54,359 nucleotides of DNA from Inquilinus limosus. Its GTDB lineage: Bacteria > Pseudomonadota > Alphaproteobacteria > DSM-16000 > Inquilinaceae. The notes below the pieces were generated by a model that was not told the DNA's origin, made no database searches, and worked only from the letters and a program-made list of their open reading frames with translations. This document shows positions 27,101-36,231 of the stretch, one piece after another (the first letter of the stretch is position 1; each line of letters starts with the position of its first letter). Where the stretch lies: NCBI GenBank assembly GCA_019508225.1, contig JAEKLZ010000157.1, forward strand, positions 1 through 54,359, in the 5' to 3' direction. The translations under genes and the position numbers were made by a program.

Positions 27101-30100
27101 GCGGCCCTGCATCAGGGCGTGCAGGTCCAGATCCGCGTCCAGCGTCATGTCGCCGGCGCTGCGCAGCTCGACGCCCGCCCGGGCGGTGACGCCGGGACCG
27201 AAACGATCCCTGATCGTGCCGGCCACGTTCTTCGCGGCGAAATCATCGAGATCGACCTGGATGATCGAGCCGTCGACCACCGGGGTGTCGTAGGCCTTGT
27301 ACGCCTCGACCGTGATCTCCCGGGCGCCGCCGATGCCGCTGCCGATCTCGGTGATCGCGACATCGCTGTCGCCGTTGGTGCGCGGCGCGCGGAGATGCAC
27401 GGTGCCGGTGGCGCCGCCGGCACCGACCGAGATGGCCGAGCCGGACTGCAGGTCGAGCCGGCCGCCGTCGCCGGCCGCCAGCAGCACCGAGCCGCCCTTG
27501 CCGGCTGTGTCGGCCGCGGTGCCGGAGGCGTTCAGCACCGCCCCGTTCGCCAGGGTCAGGGTCCTGCCCGCCGCCAGGCGGATGTCGCCACCGGCGGCGC
27601 CGCCGGCATTGATCGTGCCGCCGATGGTGAGATTGCCGCTGTCGGCCGACAGCACGAAGTCGCGGGTGGTGACGGTATGGCCGGCGCTGAGCGAGACGTC
27701 GCCGCTTCGGATGCGCAGCCGCTGCGCCTCGGCGAAGCCGGCCACGGCCAGCTTGCCGGCCAGCGTGTCGAAGCCGCCGTCGAGCCGGCCGAGGTCGAGA
27801 TCGACCTGGCCATGGCGGGTGCCGGTCGCCGAGCGCGCGTCGATCGTGCCGTCGGCGATGAACCGGCCATGCGCCGCGTCGACGATGAGGCGTCCGGCAT
27901 CGCCGCCCGGGCCGCCGCCGATGGCGATGGTGCCGCCGCCCGCCAGGACGACGTCGCCCTGGGCCGAGGACAGCTTGACCACGCCGCCGGGGGCGTAGCG
28001 GGTCTGGTCGTAGAAGTGGCGCTCGACGCCGGCGGCATCGACCGTGGCGTTGCCGGCGATCTCGAGATTGCGGATTGCCGACGCCTCCAGGATGCCGGCG
28101 CGGACCTCCAGCAGCCCGGCGAGGGCTATGGTGTCGCCGGACAGGCGCAGCCGGCCGCCGATATCATCGAACTCCGGCAGGTTGGGGACGGTCCGCCCGG
28201 TGAAGGCCAGGGCGCCGCCGGCCTCGATGGCGTTGTCCGATCCGGCGCCGGCCGACAGCGCGGCGGCGGTCAGGGTCAGCGCCCCATCCGCCCGCAGGCG
28301 GTTGGGGCGGGTGTCGCCGCCGCTGCCCGGGGAGGCGTTGGTCGCGGTGTCGAGGCCGCTGGTGCCGACGATCCGCTCATCGGCCGCGAGCGTCGTCGCA
28401 CCGAAGCCGGCGATGCGGACCGGGCCGTCCGCCAAGTCGATCCGGCCGGTGCCTTCGACCGGCTTGCCGCTGTCCATCCGCGTCGTGGCGTTGATGGTCA
28501 GGCTGCCGCCGGCCATGTCGACCGGCAGGCCGCTGGCATTGCCGGTGTTGCGCAGCTGCACCGCACCGGCATTGATCGTGGCGTTGCCGCCATGGCCGAC
28601 CAGCAGCGGGCTGTCCAGCGACAGTGTCCGCAGCGACGTTCCCTGGCCGGCGCCGATGCTGACGTCGCCGTAGAAGTCGATGCTGTTGTAGCCGCGCAGG
28701 GTCAGGGTCTCGGTCTGCGCCAGCACGCCCAGCGTGCCGTCGCGGAACACCAGGCCGCCCGTGCCCGTCGGGGCGTCGCCGAAGCTGATCTGCTTGGCGG
28801 CGGCATCGATGGCGCGGTCGCCGCGAATCCGGGTGGAGGCCAGGAGACTGTCGCCGGTGGCGTCGAGCGCCAGGCTGCCCGAGGCCAGCACCGCCGCGCC
28901 GTCCTGGATCGTCAGCGACCCGTCGAAGCCGAGGAAGCCGGTGCGCACCACATCGACCCGGTCGCCGGTCGATACGCGCAGCAGCGCGCTGTCGCCGCTG
29001 ATGCGCAGCGTGCCGGCCGGGCCGGCATCGGCCCCCGTGGCGCGGACGACGCTGCCCGACTCGACCGTCAGCGTATTGCCGGCGGCCAGCAGGATCTCCG
29101 GCCCCTCCAGCGCCGTGCCCGGGTTGCGGATCACGACGTTGCTGGCCACGACCTGGACCTGAGTGCCGCCGCGCGGATCGTCCGACGTGACCTGGGCCGG
29201 GCTGCGCTCACCGCCGATGAACAGGCTGCCGACGCCGAAATCGTTCAGCTGTCCGGCCTGCAGCAGCAGATAGCCCTGATCCGTCAGGTCCTGGGTGTCG
29301 GCGCCCTCGGACACCACCGCGATCTTGGCGGTGGCGATGTCGAACCGGCCCAGCTGTCCGCCTTCGGCCGGCGTGAACTTGGCGGTGCCGTCCAGCCGCA
29401 GCGTCTCGGCGGCGTTGGCCACCAGCGTGCCGCCGTCGAGCGTCAGGACCGGCACGGGAATGACCCCGGTATCGGTCTTCTGGCGCTCCAGGAACGCCTC
29501 GGACCGGAAGAAGCTGTTGGCCGCGTAGTTGTCATACTGCGCGCGCTGGCGCAGCACCGCGCCGGATTCGACCTGGAAGCCGCTCCAGCGCGAATCGGAG
29601 ATCGAGGTGTTGAGGACGGAGCGGCGGCCGGCGACATAGCCGCTGCCGTCGGGCGCCCGGCCGTTCATCGCCGGCAGCCTGTCGAGGACGCCGTTGACGG
29701 CCCGCACCCGGTAGGCGCCGGGCATCAGCGCATAGCGCGCGGGCAGCAGCACATAGGTGCCGGCCGGCAGGCCGCCGCCGCCCGACAGATAGACCCGGTC
29801 GCCCACCCGCAGATTCGTGTTGGCGCCCTGGTTCAAGGCCTGGCGCGACGCGAAGGCCGTGGACGGGACGACCGGGACGTCCTGGTCGAAGTGGATGTCG
29901 CCGGCCTGGACGGTGGCTTGATAGCCCGAATAGTAGGGGTCCCAGGGGGCATAGCCGTCATAGTCCGGGATCACGGCGAAGCTGTTGGGGTCGGCCAGGA
30001 CGTCGGACGGTCCGCCCAGCCCCGCCACAAACTCGTTGGCCAGCAGCTCGCCGCCGCCGCTGACATCGATCACGGCCCCGTCCCGGACGTCCACATCGGT

Positions 30101-33100
30101 GCCGCGCAGCCGCACCTCCTTGGTCGGGGCGCCCGCAATCGACTGGCCGCCATTGCCGGGATTGAACCACAGCGAGCCGTTCTGGACATAGCCGTAGGGC
30201 ACCGTCAGCCCCTTGGCGGACACCGAGGTCACGCTGCCCCGGCCGAGGGTCACCGCGCTGAGGCCGCTGTCGAGCCCCAGGACGATCCGGCCCAGGGGCG
30301 CGCGGATGGTGCCGTTCTGGACGATCGTCGGCGCGGCGATGGTCAGGATGCCGCCGATCGACAGCGGCATCGCGGCCTTGCCGTTCGGCTGCACCGTGAC
30401 CTTGCCCAGGGCGTTGACGGTGAAATTCTGGTCGGTGTCGGGGTAGATCTGCGCCGCCTGGAGCATCAGGTTGCCGGCCGTGCTCAGCGTGCCGAGATTG
30501 CTGCCCGCGACGCCCGCGAAGCGGATGTCGCCCCGGCTCTGGAGACGGACCGTCCCGAAGCCGCCGAAGAGGCGGTCCTTGTAGATGCCCTCGCCGGTCT
30601 CCGGATCGGAATCGACCTGCATGTGGTAGAGGCTGCCGAAGCGGAACGTGCCGCCATTGATGTCGATCAGGTCCGCCAGGATCGAGAGCTGGGTCGCCGG
30701 GCTGAGGATGCGGTCGCCGAGCGCGAGTGCCTGCCAGTCCAGCGCGCTGCCCGTCCGTTCGAAGCTGGTGTTGGTCAGCGCCACCCGCGGCGCCTGCAGC
30801 ACCACCCTGGCGCCGGTCCGTCCCCGCGCCGGCGTGGCGCCGATCGCGTAGGCCGCGATCTGGATCTCGCGGCCCAGCTTCACCGTGACGTCGCCGTTGA
30901 AATTGACGATGTTGTCGGAGCCCATCACCCAGGTGTCGAAGCCCCCGCCCATCACATTGTCCGCGGCGACGTAGCCCTGGCCAGCATGGCGCAGCAGCGT
31001 GTCCGGGTCGTAGCCATCCTTCGCGCCGGCGGAAAGACCGGACTGCCGGATGTTGAGCACCCGCACCAGATCGGGCGGCAGGCCGATCCTGTTGTTCCCG
31101 TTCCGCGTTCCCTGCCGCATCTCCGTGATCAGCGTGCCGCCCTCGGCCCCCACGCCGCCGCCGCGCCCCAGCAGGGTGCCGTCGAGATACAGCCCGTCAC
31201 TGGCGGTCAGCCGGATCGTGCCGCCGTTGCTGGCGACGGTCCGCGACCGCAGCTTCAGCCCGTACATGGTCATGCTGCGCAGGTCGAGCCGGGTCGAGGC
31301 GCCGGACACGTCGAGCACCGCGCCGCGCTCGACGGCCACGGCGCCGTTATAGGCGTTCAGCGTGATGGTGCCGCCATCCAGCACCGTGCCGCGGCGGGTC
31401 CCGTCCGTCGTCGGGTCCAGCCTGACCGCGCCGCGGGCCAGCAGCCGGCCGGTGGCGCCGATGCGGACGCCGGCTTCCGGGTCATAGACCGCCAGCGGGG
31501 TCTGCAATCCCGTGTCCGGGTCGGTGAGGAGTTCCGTGTCGACGGTGACACCGCCCAGCAGCGTGATCTGCCCGGCCGGGGTGTCGATGGTGCCGTCCAC
31601 CCGCACCGTGCGCGCCGCCACCGCGGTGACCGAGCCGCCCATTCCCATGCGCACAACCGAACCCCGGCCGAACACGACGCTGCCGCCGCCCTCATAGGAC
31701 CGGCCGTTGTCGTCCACCCCGTCGACACCGTGATCGTCCGCCCGCAGGTCGCTGCCGCGCGCGATCAGGGTCAGCGACCCGGCCGGCCGCAGCTCCTCCG
31801 GCAGCACGTCCAGGCTGGCGAAGCCGAACACGTCGCCGCCGCCGGCGCGCCGCAGATAGTCGGGGTTCAGGCGCAGGGTCGGCGCCGCCGGTGTCACCAC
31901 CGCGCCCGGCGCCACGGTCACGCCGCGATAGCCCTGCAGCGTCACGTCGCTGAAGCCGCCGCGGCTCAGGAAACCAGGATCCAGCACCAATGCCCCGTCC
32001 GGCGCCAGCCCGCCGCCGATCCAGATCCGGTCGGTGCGGATGGTCAGCTTGCCGCCGCGGTCGAGGCCGTAGCCGAGGATGTCTCCGCCCAGCACCAGCT
32101 TGCCGGCGCTGGGCCGGATCGCCGTGCTCTGGTCGATGAAGCGGCTGGTGGCCAGCCGCACCTCGCCACCATTGCCCTTGGTCAGGGACCCGTCGGCGGC
32201 GACCCAGCCGCCCGCAGAGACGTCGATCAGGCTGCCGCGCGCGATCCTCAGGGTCTTCAGCGCGCTCAGGTCGATCGTGCCGCCGTCGGGCAGGGCGGCG
32301 CCCACCGGACCCGTTCCGCCCGGAGACGGGTTGCCGTTCGCGTCGACCCGGTCGTTCACCCACTGTCCGCGCGCAGTCAGCCGTGCGCCCGCGGCCAGGG
32401 TGACGTCCCGGGCGGCCAGGGTGATGGTGCCCGACGGCGTCTCGATCGCGCCGGCAATGGTGATGGCGCCGAACTGATCGAGAATTCCCTCCGCGTCGTA
32501 CAGATTGGGGGGCGCGACCTCCGGCCTGGACCGCAGGTCGACCGACCCGCCCGGGGCGGTGCGCAGGGTCACGCCGCGCGCCACCGCGATGTCGCCGCCC
32601 GCGGTCGTCACCGCGATCTCGTCCACCCCGCCGTTGCCGACGAGCGACGGGGCGATCACCAGCCGGTTGCGCAGGTTGTCCGGCAGTGCATCGCCGGATC
32701 CGAACCCTTCCGCCAGCCCCGACCCGCGGGCGCCGAAGGTGACGTCGACCGGCCGCCGCAGGGTCAAGGTCAGGCTGCCCAGCCCCGGCAGCTGGTCGCG
32801 CGACCGCTGCCGTGCCCCCGGCGTGGTCCCGCCGCTGATCCGGCCGTCGAGCACAGCGGCGCCCGTGCCGATGCTGACCGCGCCGGCGGCCATACCGTCG
32901 GTATAGCCGGCTTCCCAGCGCGGACCGTAGATCTGCTGCTGCGCGTAACGGTCCTCGGCGAAGGCGACGTACTGGATATCCGGCGTCGCCTGGCTGATGT
33001 CGTAGACCCGGCCGTCGGCCCCGACCAGCTGGGTGGTGTCGAGCCAGCCGCCGCGATATCGCACCTGGCCGCCGGAGACATTGATCGCGGCACCGTCGCG

Positions 33101-34780
33101 GATCACCACCTCACCGGACTCGGCGGTCTTGGACGAGATCGACACCGTGCCGCCGACGGCGCTGCGCTCCACCGCCGTGCGGCCGATGCTCTTGAGATAA
33201 TCGCCGATGCTGCCGATCGGCGATCCGTCGCGGACATCGACATTGACCGTCTTGCCGAACAGGAAGCCGTCGCGCTGCAGCGGCGAGTTCAGCTCGTTGT
33301 TGCGCAGCTTGATCGCGATCTGGTTGCGCTCCATCGCCACCTCGGTCGAGGTGGTGCCGGACACGTCGATCAGGCTGCCATTCTCCATGGTGAAACGGTT
33401 CGGCGAGCCGTCGAACGGCGCCTCCACGATCTGGACCGTGACGTCGCCCGCCGGGGCCTGGATCTTCGACCCCCGCTCCATGGTCCCGGCGCCGGCGACG
33501 ACCTGGACCCTGGAATGCTCGAACTGCTCGGCATCGGTGATGGTGTCGGTGCCGTCCTCCGGCAGGATGGTCGTCGCGCTGCCGCGGCCGAAGGTGATCC
33601 TGCCGGGGCTATTCCGCTGAAACAGTATGTTGCTTTGGTCGTAGCTGGGGTCTGCGGCGGCCTTGAGCAGGATCGAGCCGCCGGCCCGGACCGCGGTGGT
33701 CGCCGAAAGCCGGCCGTTCTGTGCGATCAGCAGACTGGAAATCGAAATATTGCCGCCGCGCGGCGTGTCGATCGTTCCGGTGTTCACCACCCAGTTGGCG
33801 GTCGGCGAGTCACGGTCGGTCACGGAATCGACCTCGATCGCGACCCCGCGCGGATACTTCTGGTCCGACGGCGTCGCGACCGAGTTTGCCGGATAGATGT
33901 AGATCCTGCGACCGGCGCCGATCACCACCTGTCCGGCCGGGGCGCGGATCGTGCCGGCATTCACCACCGACCCGCCCAGCAGCATGACGCTGCTGTTGTC
34001 CGGGCCCTGGATCAGGGCGCCGCGCTCGACCTTGATCTGGCCGGGCTCGCCGTCGCCATCGGCCGTGAACACCGGGAGGAACTTGCCGCCGGCATCCTTC
34101 GGAGTGTCCAGAAGACCGCGGTTGAACTGGTCCTCGCTGATGCTCAGCGACGACGCCACCAGATTGCGGACATTGACCCGGGCGCCGTTGCCGAAGATGA
34201 CGCCGTTCTGGTTGATCAGATAGACATGGCCGTCGGCCTTCAGCGCGCCATCGATGCGCGACGGGTCGGCCTGGCCGATGCGGTTCAGCACCGCCCAGTC
34301 CCGGTTGCCCTTCTGGTCGAACCGTACCGTCTCGTCGCCGGCGATGTTGAACCGGTTCCAGTCGATGACCGCCTTCGGCTTCAACTGCTCGATGGTCATC
34401 AGCTTGTTGGTCGCGTCCACCACCGGATTGTTGGCGGACGCGTTCTGGATCCGGTTCAGGCTCATGCCGCTGAACAGGACCTTCGGCGCGCCGGCCGAGG
34501 CAGCGCGGGACAGGGCCCTATCGACCGCGCTGTTGCCGCCGCCGCCATTGCCGCCGCCACTCGAGCTCGAGGTGGCGCTGTCGCCGCGCACCAGCCGCAT
34601 GCCGACGATCTTGGTGCTGTCGGCCCGCGCCGGCTCGGACATGGCGCCGAAGGCCGCCAGCCCGGCGAGCAGGGCAACTGCGCTGCAGCTCAGCCGCAGC
34701 CGCCGCGGCAGCAGGCCGGGAGTCGATGGGGCGGTGGCGAGACGATGGGACGGGCGAGTCGGGACGCCAATGCCGGCCAT
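24170..34780 (-). CDS. Giant filamentous-haemagglutinin-family TpsA exoprotein (3536 aa) with DUF3739-type C-terminus
   Basis: Signal peptide ending in ARA, TPS domain (IDWNRFNI...VLNRI...GHVYLINQNGVIFG), long beta-helix-type repeats, LPAGTYVLLPARYAL, and C-terminal GDILMWSSFGDIDAG...GSGIG...VDLYAPNGVINAGEGGIRVSGN. Confidence 0.93.
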   Translation of the reverse strand: MAGIGVPTRPSHRLATAPSTPGLLPRRLRLSCSAVALLAGLAAFGAMSEPARADSTKIVGMRLVRGDSATSSSSGGGNGGGGNSAVDRALSRAASAGAPKVLFSGMSLNRIQNASANNPVVDATNKLMTIEQLKPKAVIDWNRFNIAGDETVRFDQKGNRDWAVLNRIGQADPSRIDGALKADGHVYLINQNGVIFGNGARVNVRNLVASSLSISEDQFNRGLLDTPKDAGGKFLPVFTADGDGEPGQIKVERGALIQGPDNSSVMLLGGSVVNAGTIRAPAGQVVIGAGRRIYIYPANSVATPSDQKYPRGVAIEVDSVTDRDSPTANWVVNTGTIDTPRGGNISISSLLIAQNGRLSATTAVRAGGSILLKAAADPSYDQSNILFQRNSPGRITFGRGSATTILPEDGTDTITDAEQFEHSRVQVVAGAGTMERGSKIQAPAGDVTVQIVEAPFDGSPNRFTMENGSLIDVSGTTSTEVAMERNQIAIKLRNNELNSPLQRDGFLFGKTVNVDVRDGSPIGSIGDYLKSIGRTAVERSAVGGTVSISSKTAESGEVVIRDGAAINVSGGQVRYRGGWLDTTQLVGADGRVYDISQATPDIQYVAFAEDRYAQQQIYGPRWEAGYTDGMAAGAVSIGTGAAVLDGRISGGTTPGARQRSRDQLPGLGSLTLTLRRPVDVTFGARGSGLAEGFGSGDALPDNLRNRLVIAPSLVGNGGVDEIAVTTAGGDIAVARGVTLRTAPGGSVDLRSRPEVAPPNLYDAEGILDQFGAITIAGAIETPSGTITLAARDVTLAAGARLTARGQWVNDRVDANGNPSPGGTGPVGAALPDGGTIDLSALKTLRIARGSLIDVSAGGWVAADGSLTKGNGGEVRLATSRFIDQSTAIRPSAGKLVLGGDILGYGLDRGGKLTIRTDRIWIGGGLAPDGALVLDPGFLSRGGFSDVTLQGYRGVTVAPGAVVTPAAPTLRLNPDYLRRAGGGDVFGFASLDVLPEELRPAGSLTLIARGSDLRADDHGVDGVDDNGRSYEGGGSVVFGRGSVVRMGMGGSVTAVAARTVRVDGTIDTPAGQITLLGGVTVDTELLTDPDTGLQTPLAVYDPEAGVRIGATGRLLARGAVRLDPTTDGTRRGTVLDGGTITLNAYNGAVAVERGAVLDVSGASTRLDLRSMTMYGLKLRSRTVASNGGTIRLTASDGLYLDGTLLGRGGGVGAEGGTLITEMRQGTRNGNNRIGLPPDLVRVLNIRQSGLSAGAKDGYDPDTLLRHAGQGYVAADNVMGGGFDTWVMGSDNIVNFNGDVTVKLGREIQIAAYAIGATPARGRTGARVVLQAPRVALTNTSFERTGSALDWQALALGDRILSPATQLSILADLIDINGGTFRFGSLYHMQVDSDPETGEGIYKDRLFGGFGTVRLQSRGDIRFAGVAGSNLGTLSTAGNLMLQAAQIYPDTDQNFTVNALGKVTVQPNGKAAMPLSIGGILTIAAPTIVQNGTIRAPLGRIVLGLDSGLSAVTLGRGSVTSVSAKGLTVPYGYVQNGSLWFNPGNGGQSIAGAPTKEVRLRGTDVDVRDGAVIDVSGGGELLANEFVAGLGGPSDVLADPNSFAVIPDYDGYAPWDPYYSGYQATVQAGDIHFDQDVPVVPSTAFASRQALNQGANTNLRVGDRVYLSGGGGLPAGTYVLLPARYALMPGAYRVRAVNGVLDRLPAMNGRAPDGSGYVAGRRSVLNTSISDSRWSGFQVESGAVLRQRAQYDNYAANSFFRSEAFLERQKTDTGVIPVPVLTLDGGTLVANAAETLRLDGTAKFTPAEGGQLGRFDIATAKIAVVSEGADTQDLTDQGYLLLQAGQLNDFGVGSLFIGGERSPAQVTSDDPRGGTQVQVVASNVVIRNPGTALEGPEILLAAGNTLTVESGSVVRATGADAGPAGTLRISGDSALLRVSTGDRVDVVRTGFLGFDGSLTIQDGAAVLASGSLALDATGDSLLASTRIRGDRAIDAAAKQISFGDAPTGTGGLVFRDGTLGVLAQTETLTLRGYNSIDFYGDVSIGAGQGTSLRTLSLDSPLLVGHGGNATINAGAVQLRNTGNASGLPVDMAGGSLTINATTRMDSGKPVEGTGRIDLADGPVRIAGFGATTLAADERIVGTSGLDTATNASPGSGGDTRPNRLRADGALTLTAAALSAGAGSDNAIEAGGALAFTGRTVPNLPEFDDIGGRLRLSGDTIALAGLLEVRAGILEASAIRNLEIAGNATVDAAGVERHFYDQTRYAPGGVVKLSSAQGDVVLAGGGTIAIGGGPGGDAGRLIVDAAHGRFIADGTIDARSATGTRHGQVDLDLGRLDGGFDTLAGKLAVAGFAEAQRLRIRSGDVSLSAGHTVTTRDFVLSADSGNLTIGGTINAGGAAGGDIRLAAGRTLTLANGAVLNASGTAADTAGKGGSVLLAAGDGGRLDLQSGSAISVGAGGATGTVHLRAPRTNGDSDVAITEIGSGIGGAREITVEAYKAYDTPVVDGSIIQVDLDDFAAKNVAGTIRDRFGPGVTARAGVELRSAGDMTLDADLDLHALMQGRDGASGVLTLRAGGDLTFLGSLSDGFTTVDGNQLAGGDSWSYRLVAGADLSGADPLALLSAADLAAGKGSVIVDSVTANRALRIRTGIGDIDIAAAGDFVLGARSDTNLGPDFFTPIPQAVVYTAGRPIMDVPGGLLDPARYPDAAFPTGGGDIGIDARGSLYGVPSAQLITDYVWRQGDANGDKGLATAWWIDFAGFQQGVGALAGGNVSLRAGDQIRNLSAAIPTVGWVSGGSVNVRNGGSLTVDALGDIVSGVYYVGRGDAAIESGGAIKGGASVTITDSNFNQGTYAPRTILAGGDTAFKLRSRGDLTIETVADPMMLPTSMRQDPDLSDDGASTGGFFSRGARSAVSLDSIGGDIRFGNDGNAVAAMALGSPLQGQSAAQYALIYPSTVRAVSFGGDILVDGGMILAGADRGTLELLSENDVLFRANGDPTAPRPATIGFVSMADALPQFEPTPLSPVSITRSIGTPASEEDQFAKAYFATLGAPDQAGRHVGDLDPARIYAVDGDIRGAVPTGAYQLIVPKSLRLRAGSDVADLSIRATNTNPGDVTLVQAGRDIDLTTNGGLEPDLSAQIKVGGPGRLEVGAGRNIDLGYGAGILTDGNLRTSVLPDQGADITVLAGLGSGQTDRIAFMTRYLDPAHYAELDPYLAGPGGSLYTAQMISYVQAVTGRSGLDAATAFALLKALAPEQQDPLLQDILFGELRASGREANDASSPRFGATDRGYAAADTLFPGDGWSGDITMRGSQIKTERGGDLSILLPGGGIQLGVATSEVGAPRKDANDSGLWTVLGGAIRVFAHDDILIRSSRALTASGGDILMWSSFGDIDAGLGSRAAISTAPAVVRLSLNGTLQVEPGGIVSGSGIGALQEPGDVDLYAPNGVINAGEGGIRVSGNFNVFALQVLNADNIQVGGQAVGLPTAPVNPASIAGTSDVAAQATRAIEQQVRDQAERGAKPNDEAPPLLITGSFLGYEGG

Positions 34781-34871
34781 CTGGGCTGCTCCGGGCTTTA
34801 AAATGGATATTCGGCGCGCGTTATCCTTCCTGTCCTACCGGGGACGCCGCGTGTCCTGCCATCCCGGGCCG

Positions 34872-34889
34872 GTGAAATTTTCGTGACGC
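34872..34889 (-). promoter_or_regulatory. Pho-box-like direct repeat upstream of the giant TpsA gene
   Basis: Minus strand GCGTCAC-gaaa-ATTTCAC (11-bp period), ~90 bp upstream of the start and in the sense orientation. Confidence 0.45.
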
Positions 34890-34936
34890 CGCTTCGGTGC
34901 GTTCCTCTGCTCCCCGAGGTGCGGCTCCGGCCGCGA

Positions 34937-35530
34937 TCATCGCTGCGCCTTGGTCTGCACACGAAGGCCGTCGACGAAGACGTCCAGCAGCCTGAGCACG
35001 GTCTTCTGCCAGCCGGGCTGGTCGTGCATGTAGCACATACCCACGAGCGCGCGCAGGAGGTCCTCGGCGCTGATGTCGGGGCGGATCTCGCCGGCCGAGA
35101 CGGCCTGGTCCAGCAGCGTGCCGGCAGCCCTGGTCAGGCGGTCGAAGGTGTGGGCGTAGAGTTCCGACCGGCCATGCGCCGCAAGCGCCAGCGCTGCCAG
35201 CATGCCCTTCTTCGTCGCGACCAGATCGACGTTGGATCTGAGCCAGGAGCGCAGGGCATCGACGGGCGCCGCCTCTCCCTTCAACTGGTCGGCCAATGCC
35301 CCGAGTTGCTCCACCTCGCGTCGATAGACCGCCTCGAACAGGGCGTCCCGGGTCGGGAAGTGCCGGTACAGGGTCCCGATGCCGACCCCGGCCCGTTTCG
35401 CCACGGCTTCCAGGCTGGCCTCCGGTCCGCCGGCGCTGAACACGACCTTCGCGGCTTCCAGCACGCGCTCGCGATTGCGGGCCGCGTCGGCGCGCGGCTT
35501 CCGGGTGGTCTTTGCCGAGCTCTCTTCCAT
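34937..35530 (-). CDS. TetR/AcrR-family regulator
   Basis: RADAARNRERVLEAA...SLEAVAKRAGVGIGTLYRHFPTR; start MEESS after RBS GAGGA. Confidence 0.93.
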   Translation of the reverse strand: MEESSAKTTRKPRADAARNRERVLEAAKVVFSAGGPEASLEAVAKRAGVGIGTLYRHFPTRDALFEAVYRREVEQLGALADQLKGEAAPVDALRSWLRSNVDLVATKKGMLAALALAAHGRSELYAHTFDRLTRAAGTLLDQAVSAGEIRPDISAEDLLRALVGMCYMHDQPGWQKTVLRLLDVFVDGLRVQTKAQR

Positions 35531-35556
35531 ATTCCTCGTCCGGGCACCCATCCCGC

Positions 35557-35585
35557 TTGAAAAGCGGAGGGACCCTCCGTATATT
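35557..35585 (+). promoter_or_regulatory. sigma70 promoter of the paoABC-like operon with a TetR-type operator in the spacer
   Basis: TTGAAA-N17-TATATT; palindrome CGGAGGG-a-CCCTCCG at 35565-35579. Confidence 0.7.
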
Positions 35586-35733
35586 ATCCGAACGGACACG
35601 CCTTCGAAACGCCCTGTCGATCAAGGCGGGGCGCCCAGTGTCCCCATAGCACGCAAATCCGGCCGTTCCGGCCTCAGCCGCGCGTCTGGCGCGGCCGCCA
35701 TGTCTTCGACGATATCACCGATCGGAGTCCTGC

Positions 35734-36231
35734 ATGAGTTTCTCGATCAGCCTCACCGTGAACGGTGCGCGGCATGACATCGAGCTGGATGATCCGCGGA
35801 TCACCCTGCTGGATCTTCTGCGCGAACGCCTCGACCTGACCGGCACGAAGAAGGGGTGCGACCGCGGCCAGTGCGGTGCCTGCACGGTGCTGGTCGATGG
35901 CCGCCGCATCAATTCGTGCCTGGCGCTCGTGGTCAGCCATGACGGCGCCGACATCCTCACGATCGAGGGCGTTGCCCGCGGTGACGAGCTTCATCCGGTC
36001 CAGGCGGCCTTCATCGCCCATGATGGCTTCCAGTGCGGGTTCTGCACGCCGGGCCAGATCATGAGCGCCATCGGCCTGATCGGGGAAGGCCGGGCCGGCG
36101 ACGACCCGGAACGCATCCGCGAAGGCATGAGCGGCAATCTCTGCCGCTGCGCGGCCTATGCGGGGATCACGGAAGCGGTGCTGGAAGCGCAGAGAAAGCT
36201 GGCCGAAGCCGGCCGGAGGGACGCCGCGTGA
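35734..36231 (+). CDS. paoA: Xanthine-dehydrogenase-family 2Fe-2S subunit (PaoA/YagT-like)
   Basis: GTKKGCDRGQCGACTV...NSCL; QCGFCTPGQ; GNLCRC. Confidence 0.92.
   Translation: MSFSISLTVNGARHDIELDDPRITLLDLLRERLDLTGTKKGCDRGQCGACTVLVDGRRINSCLALVVSHDGADILTIEGVARGDELHPVQAAFIAHDGFQCGFCTPGQIMSAIGLIGEGRAGDDPERIREGMSGNLCRCAAYAGITEAVLEAQRKLAEAGRRDAA

Noticed and set aside
24170-34780. Contact-dependent inhibition (CdiA) toxin
   Set aside because: No pre-toxin motif, no variable toxin tip and no immunity gene.
27119-34801. 2560-aa plus-strand ORF (and 23957-26440, 21207-23858, 19047-21008)
   Set aside because: Stop-free antisense frames are expected opposite long genes with high-GC codon bias; the translations are Arg/Ala/Gly-rich with no domains.
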